Origin: Carpediemonas membranifera BICM
Lineage: Eukaryota > Protista > Fornicata
Reading direction: 5' to 3'
Assembly: GCA_019828565.1 (NCBI GenBank)
Contig: JAHDYR010000067.1
Coordinates: forward strand, 526,244-590,243
Length of the DNA stretch: 64,000 nucleotides
In this document: piece by piece, positions 11,282 through 19,807 of the stretch
Layout of the letters: each line of letters opens with the position of its first letter
How positions within the stretch are numbered: position 1 is the stretch's first letter
The notes under the pieces: model-generated
The model's input: only the letters and a program-made list of their open reading frames with translations
Told to the model about the DNA's origin: nothing
The model's database searches: none
Translations under genes and position numbers: made by a program

Positions 11282-11972
11282 GAGCAGTTCTCAGAAAAAA
11301 GCAGGAATGAACCCTCACTCGTTAAAAATGGTCAAAACATTTTCTGGGCTTAATGGAGGCATCTGTCCTTTACAGCTGAGCTATGCCCTAGATTCTGGCG
11401 ACTTCTAGCAGCAGCATGTATCAAAAATGAATTAGCGGTGACTATCGTCTTGTTGTACCGGCATCGCTGCGGCATCAAGGCCACCAACAAGTGGCAAAAC
11501 AAGACTCAATGTGCATGTGTCGACTACAAGGCCAGTTGCTGGCTGACCATTGAAGAACGGCGATCAAGGAAATCATTTGATGACGCCGGAAAAACTGGCA
11601 CCGGAAATGAATCTGTATGACGTCGAACAACTGTATTATGATCCCTACCGCGAGCAACTTGACGGGATAGTCAGCGTATGACACGATTTTTCTCTCTTAT
11701 GAAGGAGCTGAAGCGAACTGTCCAGCATCTCGGAGACACCTGCCATTCTTCCGTCGAAATATCGCTACCATCGCAACACTCGCGTGCATATGCAACTACA
11801 GATCCACGTCCATCATCAAATAGCACTATTGGGGAAAAGTGGCGTCTTATCGGTTTGTCACCTCACCCACTCTAACGAAGCCCAGTGCCACCTACTGCTC
11901 TCCATGGCCCAGCGTCGGAGCAGCTAAACAATCCAGTGCTATTCATACAGTTATACATTTAAATTGTGCAGT

Positions 11973-13571
11973 CTACTCGACGAAAGGGCGGGTGACGTCG
12001 ACGATCATACCGTCCCTGACGAGCTCCCAGACGGCGTCAATGTCGGGCGACATGGCGCGGTCCTTGTCCCAGGGCTTGGCCACCTCTCTGACAGCCGCAT
12101 GGACAGCCATAAGTGCCTCAGACGACTTCTTGCCCTCGTCGAGGTGGAACTGAATGCCTTGGCAAGCAGCGAGGATTTCGATCGCAAGCGAGCGCTCGAC
12201 GTTCTCGACAACCTTGGCAGCCTTACGAGCAGCGTAGCCACCCATAGAAACATGGTCCTCCTTGGCCGCCGAAGTCGAGATGGAGTCGACCGAAGCGGGG
12301 TGGCACAAGGACTTGTTCTCGGAGACGAGTGCGGCCGTGGTACAGTGGGCAATCATAAAACCGCTGTTGAGGCCACCCTCCTTCACCAGGAAGGCGGGGA
12401 GGCCGTTAGAGAGGCTGGGGTTACACATGCGTTCGACACGACGCTCGCTAATGTTGGCGAGCTCGTGCACAGCAATGGCGAGGAAATCAGCGGCCTTGGC
12501 AGGATACTCGCCGTGGAAGTTGCCGCCGGAGAGGATCTGGCCGTTGGGATGGGCCTCGTCGCAGAAAGAAGGGCCGAAGACCATGGGGTTGTCCGTAGCG
12601 GAGTTCAGCTCGGTCATGAGGATGCCGCGGACGTACTTGAGGGCATCGTGAGCCTGTCCGTGGACCTGGGGGGAGCAACGGAGGGAATAGGCGTCCTGCA
12701 CGCGACCACAGTTGCGGTGGCCGACACAGATCTGGGAATCGCCGTTCGGGTCGACGTGGTCGCGGAGGAACTCGCGAATACGACGAGCAGACGCCTGCTG
12801 GCCCTCGTGCGGGCGTGCAGCATGGATGCGGGGGTCGAATGCGACCTTGGTGCCCTGCAGGGCCTCAAGCGACATGGCGACGGCGATGTCGGCGACGGTG
12901 ATGAGGTTGGCAGCCCGACAGTATGCCTCAGTGGTGAAGGTGCTGATCAGCTGAGTGCCATTAATCAGGGCGAGGCCCTCCTTCGCCTTGAGGGCGATGG
13001 GCGTGATGCCATGGGAAGCGAGGATCTTGCCTGCATCGCCATATTGGCCAGTGGCGGCATCGAACATCTTGCCCTCACCCATCATGCCCAGGGCCAGGTG
13101 AGAGAGAGGGGCGAGGTCGCCCGAGGCGCCGACAGTGCCTTGCTCAGGCACCCAGGACAGGCAGCCGTGGTTGAAGCACTCAACCATCGTCAGCAGGGTC
13201 TCGGGACGCGCACCGGAGTGGCCCTTCGCTATGACGTTGATTCTGATTGCCAGGAGCATGCGGGTGCGCTCAGGGCTGAGTGGTTCGCCAACACCGGCGG
13301 CGTGGGAACGGATGAGGTTCTCTTGGAGCTCAGCAAGCTTGTCATTGGGGATGCGGACGTTTGAGAAGAGTCCAAAGCCGGTAGTGATGCCATAAACGAC
13401 TTCATCGTTCTCAACGATGCGGTCAACAACACCCCGGGCTTCTTTCACGCGGGCCATGGCTTCATCCGTGATGGAGATCTTGATATCGCCCGTTCTCAGA
13501 GAATAGAGGTCTTCGGGGGTAAGGCTATAGCCATCGAGCTCGAGAGTGGTCTTACGGTTGTAGAGTGTCAT
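11973..13571 (-). CDS. HAL: Histidine ammonia-lyase (histidase)
   Basis: MIO-forming ASG in GTVGASGDLAPLSHLA; YGITTGFG, KEGLALINGTQ, QDAYSLRCSPQVHG, SGGNFHGE, EDHVSMG. First ATG (MTLYNRK) at 13571. Confidence 0.96.
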   Translation of the reverse strand: MTLYNRKTTLELDGYSLTPEDLYSLRTGDIKISITDEAMARVKEARGVVDRIVENDEVVYGITTGFGLFSNVRIPNDKLAELQENLIRSHAAGVGEPLSPERTRMLLAIRINVIAKGHSGARPETLLTMVECFNHGCLSWVPEQGTVGASGDLAPLSHLALGMMGEGKMFDAATGQYGDAGKILASHGITPIALKAKEGLALINGTQLISTFTTEAYCRAANLITVADIAVAMSLEALQGTKVAFDPRIHAARPHEGQQASARRIREFLRDHVDPNGDSQICVGHRNCGRVQDAYSLRCSPQVHGQAHDALKYVRGILMTELNSATDNPMVFGPSFCDEAHPNGQILSGGNFHGEYPAKAADFLAIAVHELANISERRVERMCNPSLSNGLPAFLVKEGGLNSGFMIAHCTTAALVSENKSLCHPASVDSISTSAAKEDHVSMGGYAARKAAKVVENVERSLAIEILAACQGIQFHLDEGKKSSEALMAVHAAVREVAKPWDKDRAMSPDIDAVWELVRDGMIVDVTRPFVE

Positions 13572-13963
13572 GTTAGTTTCGGATCTGTGTTGTTTGAATC
13601 TTGTTGACTTTGACGCAGTCAATCTTGGTCCACGCCTGGATGCTGGTGGATATTACTGCCTTAGAACAACAAGGGATACGAAGAATTCAGGTTAAGATGC
13701 ACCGCCATACTGGTCTGGATGACGACCTCACTTGGTGTGCCTGCATCCGTCATCCAAGGTCTGGCGCATGTCGGGTGGACGTGGACTGACGTGCAAACAA
13801 TATGCCAGCAGTATATGTTCAGTCAAACAGCCTCGGGCCGATCGAGTCAGGACAAGGCTGGAGAACGAAGCGTCATCAAGTCGACCCTGGTGCTCAAACA
13901 ACTTTCCAGCAGCAGTAGACTAGATCCTTTATAAACTATAACCATAAAACATAATAAATACGC

Positions 13964-16900
13964 CTACTCCTCGCCCAGCTGGGGATACAGCGGGTTCGCC
14001 TCTACTTCCACGTCGAGCAGGCCCTTCTCGCCCCGGAGAGCTCCAAACGACTTCCGCCAGACCTTCGCGAGCAGCGGGGCGACCGTGTACATGAGCCCAA
14101 TCCGGAAGGAGTTGACTGCCGCGACGATCTTGTTGAGGGTTATAAGCGTGAGCACGAGGGTGAGGAAGGTGCTGGAAACGGAGGCCACGCGAGTTCTGCT
14201 CAAGAAGGTGGGAGCGTTGGTGGTGAGCTCAATAGTCACCGTGAGCGGCTCGGCCGCGCCGTACATGTACTCGTTCGTTGTCGTCTTTTCGAAACCAATA
14301 ATCTGCCCAAACTCATATACGTCAACATAACTCCACATAAATCGATCCTGGTTACTAAACGGGGAAGCTAGGAGACTCCACAAAGTTTCTTCTTCCTGGA
14401 CCTTCGTGATTGTCGGAGATACTCTGAGAGAACGCGCGACAAGACCGGCAATAACAGTATCTGCATCAGAACGACGGTCGATGTAGACAATGTCGGTGCT
14501 GTTGACAATGGTGCAGTGGCTAGCGGTCTCCTCATCAGTGCAGTACGATCCGCCGACGATCTTCATCGCCTGGTCCATGTTGTTGCCGTCACTGAGGAAG
14601 GAGGAGTCATATATCGCGTGTTCAACCGCACTGTGGATGGCTTGAGTGTAAACGTCGCCGAAGTGGAGGGTAATTGACGCTGAGGCCTCTATATTGACGT
14701 TCTTGAAGTCGAACTTGACAGTACAGTTGCCGCTCTTGCCAAAGGCGTCAGGCGACCGAGTGCATGTGTAGACGCTCTCGCTGCAGACAATGCCGGCGGC
14801 GTAGCAGTTCGAAGATCCGAAAGATTCGAGGCATTGACCGCTGCAATCAAGGTGGTCATATCCAATCAGGGTCACATAAAGAGATACACCCTCGACAATT
14901 GATGCGCCAAAGAGTGCGCGCTCAACAAGGTTGGCCTCGGCGTATGCGAAGGTAGACGACTTGACGATGGAGTTCGCGTCCTGTTTCACTCCGTCCGAGC
15001 TTCGCAGGGGCACTTCAGAATACGAGAAGTAAAACTTGGTCGCATACCATGCCACATAAATCCATATAATCCATATAAATGGTGTGCAGAGACCACCGAC
15101 GAATGTGCCTCGCGTGTTGACGTAGACGCCGTCCTTCCCTGATCGTCTGGCACCAAAGGATACGAATTGCCGTGGATAGAAGTCGATCTTTCTAGATACG
15201 GGCAATATCGCGTCCTTATACAGTATCTTGGGCCAGGCAAGGGGGCTGAGCTTCGATCGCCCATCATTGCGTGGAATGAGCTGAGCAACTGTCTTCAACG
15301 AGAGCACGAAAAACACAAAAATCGCATATAGCAGGATAAGAAGCACGAGGAATCTAGTGAGATCCTCACTGAACGACACAGTGTTATCAAGCACCCAGTC
15401 TGTAAAATCCTGGGCGTCACTCGCAGTCATGTTCACTTGGGTCGAAGTGCTCATGGAGGCCAGCTCGGCGTAGTCAAGATGCATCAGGCTGAGCGGGGGG
15501 CAGTATTCAGAGTCTAGGCAGTCGACGCAGACCGAGTCGGCCGAGTCGGAGGATGAGTATTGCCGGATTTGACCAAAACTGCACGGTTCACACGAGCCGA
15601 AGTATGAGCTGGAAACAGCGAATGAGAGGTCGCAGGTAGAGGGACGGGGGTAGGAGAAGTACTGTGGGTAGCCGAGGGGCGAGTCCGACGTGGGAATTAG
15701 AACGAGCATTGAGTCGGAAACTTCAAATTGGGAGTCATCAAAAGATGAAAGAGTTTCGTAAGTTGGAATATATGTATCCGAAGTGACCGAGGCGCCCTGC
15801 TCCGTCTGGATATGATTGGGCCGGACGTACGAAACGAAGTCGGATGCATCCACTGCCGCCGCGTCGGGCATACTCGATAGGTTGAAGAAGAACAGTCTGC
15901 CACGGCCAAGGATGACTGCCTCAAGAGTGCCGTCGTCTGCCACACGGAGCGAAGCGTCCTCTCCAAAGAGATCGGGGCCGTTGATGACCGTGGAGGAGAC
16001 GACCTCGAGGGCATCATAGCCTGGCGGTAAATGTTTGGCTGACCCACCGCCGGAAATTAGCGTAAACTGCACGTGCTTGACGACGTTGCGGCTTGGGACG
16101 CCGAAGAGGACGTCCATTCGACTCTCGGAGCTAGTCTGGCTCGAGATCATCATCGAAATCGGGTTGGAGGCACACGTGCTGTTGAATACAGTGGACGTAT
16201 CACCAGATGCAAGGTCGGCCTCGATGGTGAGGCCGGCGAGCTCGGCCATGTTGCTGAAACCCACCACTTGGGAAATATGGCCCTCGTAAACAATGCCGTT
16301 GGGATAAAACGAGCAGGTTGACTGAGCAACAAAAGTATCTACGATATCAAAAGATACAGTGAATCTAGACAGAGATGTGACCGCAGATACAGATGCCAAC
16401 TTCCCGTAACTATCCCATTGCAGCGTGTAGGCCGTCGGGTTATAACCGTAGCTGACAGCCATCAGCGGTGGTCGGTATGACTCGAGGTCGACTCCCGATC
16501 TCGGCTTGCTCACGCCGATGAGCTCGCCAGACCCGTTCTTAGTGGGGTCAATGATGGTCAAACCGTCATCCCAATCGCCTAGGGTCCATGAATCTGTGCC
16601 GTTTGACACTATGGGCAGGATAACAACGCCCGAGGAATCGCCGCTGATGTAGTGAGCTGCAACGTAGGGACCAACTCGGCGAACGGGGTTGTATAGTGTT
16701 GCCAAGTCGTTTCTTTGGAGAGAGATTGCCGCGTCTGGGTCTGAAAAGACGATGCCCTCGCCAGCCTTGAGTTCAGCGGGGTGGTTGAGGCTCACGCCGC
16801 ATTGGGCGTCGATGTTGGCGAACGTCGTGCAGTCGAGGAAGGTAAAACTGCGCGGGGGGATAACGAAGTCGCCTATGCCGGGTAGAATGAGGTTGACGAA

Positions 16901-17635
16901 GAAGAGAGTGCCGCTATACGCGTGTTCCTCCGACGTGAATTCATCAATATGGATCCCGAAATCATAAACGAGAGAATTATTCGAACGGAACGTTGTGATG
17001 TCTTGGAACTTTGCCGCTGGACCAGTAAATGAGAAGTCGTCGGCATTGGTGGAGTTGCCGTCAATGACGATGATGCCAGTGTAGACCGTCGAGTCTGGAA
17101 CGAGAGTAATCAGCATGTCGATGTATTTCGCGGTGAAAAAGACGTAATTGCAGTAAATCGGGTCGCCCTCAACTGCGCCAGTGGAGTTAATTGGGAAATT
17201 AATGAGAGTGGCGTCTGGGTTGAGCACCGTCTGGCGGTTGCAGTGGGTGCTGTGTGATTCAATGTGACTGTAGTAACTGAGCGTGAAGCCGGACTCGCGG
17301 TTGTTCCGCGAAGACTTGAAGTAGACGTGCGCGGGCATATGGTCCGCGTCGAAGGCTGTTATTCTGTCGGCATAGGTGCTTCCGTCGATGCAAGAGGTGG
17401 AGTTCACTTCGGTTGTGCCCTTGAGAGACGAGCAAGCGAGGAGGACGTCGTTGCTGTCGGGTGTGTACTGTTCTATGATGAGAGAGACGCCGACAAGCGA
17501 GTCAGTGGCGTTCAGCTGCGTTGTGTCGGGATTAATCGTCCAATTTCGCTCCATTGGCCGCCACGGATCGTCCGCAGATGGAAAGCTGAACGATGCGTGT
17601 AGTAGATCCGTTATTTCAACCACAGCTGCGTCCAT
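13964..17635 (-). CDS. Large multi-pass membrane/surface protein: CUB-like N-terminal region, Cys-rich segment, ~3 TM helices
   Basis: ~1220-aa ORF; CUB-like VYFKSSRNNRESGFTLSY; Cys-rich CEPCSFGQ...CVDCLDSEYCPP; hydrophobic FLVLLILLYAIFVFFVL, FIWIIWIYVAWYA, FLTLVLTLITL. Start uncertain (ORF-track start is TTG 17677). Confidence 0.7.
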   Translation of the reverse strand: MDAAVVEITDLLHASFSFPSADDPWRPMERNWTINPDTTQLNATDSLVGVSLIIEQYTPDSNDVLLACSSLKGTTEVNSTSCIDGSTYADRITAFDADHMPAHVYFKSSRNNRESGFTLSYYSHIESHSTHCNRQTVLNPDATLINFPINSTGAVEGDPIYCNYVFFTAKYIDMLITLVPDSTVYTGIIVIDGNSTNADDFSFTGPAAKFQDITTFRSNNSLVYDFGIHIDEFTSEEHAYSGTLFFVNLILPGIGDFVIPPRSFTFLDCTTFANIDAQCGVSLNHPAELKAGEGIVFSDPDAAISLQRNDLATLYNPVRRVGPYVAAHYISGDSSGVVILPIVSNGTDSWTLGDWDDGLTIIDPTKNGSGELIGVSKPRSGVDLESYRPPLMAVSYGYNPTAYTLQWDSYGKLASVSAVTSLSRFTVSFDIVDTFVAQSTCSFYPNGIVYEGHISQVVGFSNMAELAGLTIEADLASGDTSTVFNSTCASNPISMMISSQTSSESRMDVLFGVPSRNVVKHVQFTLISGGGSAKHLPPGYDALEVVSSTVINGPDLFGEDASLRVADDGTLEAVILGRGRLFFFNLSSMPDAAAVDASDFVSYVRPNHIQTEQGASVTSDTYIPTYETLSSFDDSQFEVSDSMLVLIPTSDSPLGYPQYFSYPRPSTCDLSFAVSSSYFGSCEPCSFGQIRQYSSSDSADSVCVDCLDSEYCPPLSLMHLDYAELASMSTSTQVNMTASDAQDFTDWVLDNTVSFSEDLTRFLVLLILLYAIFVFFVLSLKTVAQLIPRNDGRSKLSPLAWPKILYKDAILPVSRKIDFYPRQFVSFGARRSGKDGVYVNTRGTFVGGLCTPFIWIIWIYVAWYATKFYFSYSEVPLRSSDGVKQDANSIVKSSTFAYAEANLVERALFGASIVEGVSLYVTLIGYDHLDCSGQCLESFGSSNCYAAGIVCSESVYTCTRSPDAFGKSGNCTVKFDFKNVNIEASASITLHFGDVYTQAIHSAVEHAIYDSSFLSDGNNMDQAMKIVGGSYCTDEETASHCTIVNSTDIVYIDRRSDADTVIAGLVARSLRVSPTITKVQEEETLWSLLASPFSNQDRFMWSYVDVYEFGQIIGFEKTTTNEYMYGAAEPLTVTIELTTNAPTFLSRTRVASVSSTFLTLVLTLITLNKIVAAVNSFRIGLMYTVAPLLAKVWRKSFGALRGEKGLLDVEVEANPLYPQLGEE

Positions 17636-17942
17636 CCGTTCACAGTGGCTGATTGCAAACACTGGGTCAAGATCCAAGGGAGATTCGTCTTAAACTCCTT
17701 AAACTCCACCCCCACCCATGCGAGGTGCTGGTTACCCCGGGCTGGTGTCCAGCAGTCAGTGGACGACGGGTTATGGCTTGTATGGTCGACATAGGCAGGG
17801 TGATTGGTAAAACTAACGTCGCGTTCGGCCGCCTTTACTATTCCTGGGAAGTAGGCTCTGGCACATATCTATTTATCGCCTCTCACATTGTCACATGGTC
17901 GACCCGGCGGGCGTGTTGTTACTGAAGGCCCAGGCATGGACT

Positions 17943-19610
17943 TCAGGAAGTTTGCGATTGAGGGGTTGGGTCGACGTCGACCGGGGTGATGTCATGCCAC
18001 CTTTTAGGAGCCTTGCATTTGGCCAATTTAGCCACCCCATCCGAATCTCCCACCTTGAACCACTGGCCGGTGGAGTCACGGAAGCGGAGGGGGTTGTTCC
18101 TGAGTGCCGTCGCCTCAATAGGAACCATGGCAAGATCCCCATGCTGGCAGTAGTGGGTGACACCCTTGGTCCCCCAGACGATCAGAAAATCGCAGCACCA
18201 GAACCCCTTGACCCTCTCTGGGAACCGGAGCGGGGTGGGTGTGAGGCACTTGTCGTCCCTGCGTTTTCCAGGCAGCAGGCCCGAGTTGGAGACGTGTATG
18301 GGAACTTTGCCAGCGAAGAGCAGCTGGCGGCCGCTGAGGAAGATGTTGAAAGAAAGGACGGAAGACATGACAGAATCGACGGAGGTCATGATCCGGTCGA
18401 CTCTGTAGGGCAGATCCTCGAAGCCAGCCATCATACTATGGTGCCCGAGTCCCAGCTGGCCACAATAGTTGCCCCCGCTGATCATCTGCCGATCGCCCAT
18501 GGAGAGGATGACAGTCGTTGCATTGATCAGACCCACATGCATGATGTGATCTGGGACAAAGCCAGCGGGCACAGCGACTGGGTGGAAGAGGGGTCTGTTC
18601 TCCTCCACGACTGGGCCGACATACCATTCTGGATGTCCACCAGCCATGACAGTGCCGACCGAAGAGAGGATGAACGTCCGATCACAAATCAGCGACACAC
18701 CAGTCACCATCCAGTGCTTCTCCCAAGGGGGCAGGCTGGCCTCGAGCTCAGCGACCTCGGCGCAGGCGGGGAAGGTAAGGCGGGTCGGGGCGACCTTAGA
18801 CGACTTGAACCCCAGCTGGCCATGACCGCTATCCCCCCAGCCCCACAGGCCCTTGGGCGTCCTGGCGATGCGGGTGAGGTCGTCGCTGTAGACCTCGAGG
18901 GCCCTGGGCATCCTGGCCCTGGTGAGGGCGGTGTGCTTGGTAGTGTCGAGCATGAAGAGGCGGCCCATGTACATGCGGTGGTGATAAAATATGTAGGACC
19001 AAGCGTGCTGATAGCACTCGCCGTCCTTCTCTGCCACATTAAACGTGAAGAAGAACTTGCGGCAGAGGAACCAGAGGCACTTGGCCTCGGGGGCGAGAGC
19101 GTTGCGGATCTTGTCGTGCATCCTGGTAGTGTGTGGCTCCTCATCTTGAGCCCCCTGCAGCACCCTGTCCTCAAGGTCGGGGTTGGCCCCGCCACCCACC
19201 AGACACGCCCACACCGCGCCCTGGTTCAGCGTGTGCATGGCGACCGGGAGCTCCTCGCCATCCGCGAGCTCAACGTTCATTGACAGCGGGGGGCCGCTGG
19301 TGAGGATCGAGCGGGCGCGGTCGAGGAGGGCTTGCGCAGATGGTTCGAGAGGGGGGATCTCGGAGAGCGTTGCGATGAGGGATTCGAGGAAATTGGCATC
19401 TTTGCGCGCGTATTGGCTCACTTGCTCGTGGATAAACGCGTTGAACGTGGTCAACATGCGAGATCTGCGTGGAATTTGCTCGTCGAAGTGACGCTGGAAC
19501 GCACAGGCGATAAGCGAGGGGATATCGCCAGCAATACCACTCGCTGCCGTGATTGAGTGCCGATGGGCCGCGATCAGCGCGTCTCTCACCTTCTTGCCTC
19601 CATCTCTCAT
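17943..19610 (-). CDS. RCC1-like family copy B, intact, with divergent N-terminal allele
   Basis: Core nearly identical to copy A. The N-terminus RDALIAAHRHSITAASGIAGDIPSLIACAFQRHFDEQ is a distant homologue of the common N-terminus. First ATG at 19610. Confidence 0.8.
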   Translation of the reverse strand: MRDGGKKVRDALIAAHRHSITAASGIAGDIPSLIACAFQRHFDEQIPRRSRMLTTFNAFIHEQVSQYARKDANFLESLIATLSEIPPLEPSAQALLDRARSILTSGPPLSMNVELADGEELPVAMHTLNQGAVWACLVGGGANPDLEDRVLQGAQDEEPHTTRMHDKIRNALAPEAKCLWFLCRKFFFTFNVAEKDGECYQHAWSYIFYHHRMYMGRLFMLDTTKHTALTRARMPRALEVYSDDLTRIARTPKGLWGWGDSGHGQLGFKSSKVAPTRLTFPACAEVAELEASLPPWEKHWMVTGVSLICDRTFILSSVGTVMAGGHPEWYVGPVVEENRPLFHPVAVPAGFVPDHIMHVGLINATTVILSMGDRQMISGGNYCGQLGLGHHSMMAGFEDLPYRVDRIMTSVDSVMSSVLSFNIFLSGRQLLFAGKVPIHVSNSGLLPGKRRDDKCLTPTPLRFPERVKGFWCCDFLIVWGTKGVTHYCQHGDLAMVPIEATALRNNPLRFRDSTGQWFKVGDSDGVAKLAKCKAPKRWHDITPVDVDPTPQSQTS

Positions 19611-19807
19611 GTCGTCCAACTCAGCCACAGTCGGCCCAGTGACGCGACGCCCCGCAACTTAGAGTCGGTGTTGGGCCCGTTGTGGTTGAGTGGCTGGGCT
19701 GGCCGTCGCTAACCCTGGGGTTGACATCGCCTGCTCCCAGGTTGTCAATCAGTGTTCAGAGAGAGATCTTCCTTTACAAATTCACGGCAACACTAAGATG
19801 ACTGAGA

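Noticed and set aside
11973-13571. Histidase as a bacterial lateral transfer
   Set aside because: The sequence around GTVGASGDLAPLSHLALG and CGRVQDAY resembles eukaryotic HAL as recalled; no support for LGT without a tree.
6930-19283. Long antisense ORFs over RCC1 copies, RACK1 and HAL (6930-8141, 10355-11353, 11964-13364, 17895-19283)
   Set aside because: Shadows of GC3-rich coding on the opposite strand; no recognisable motifs.
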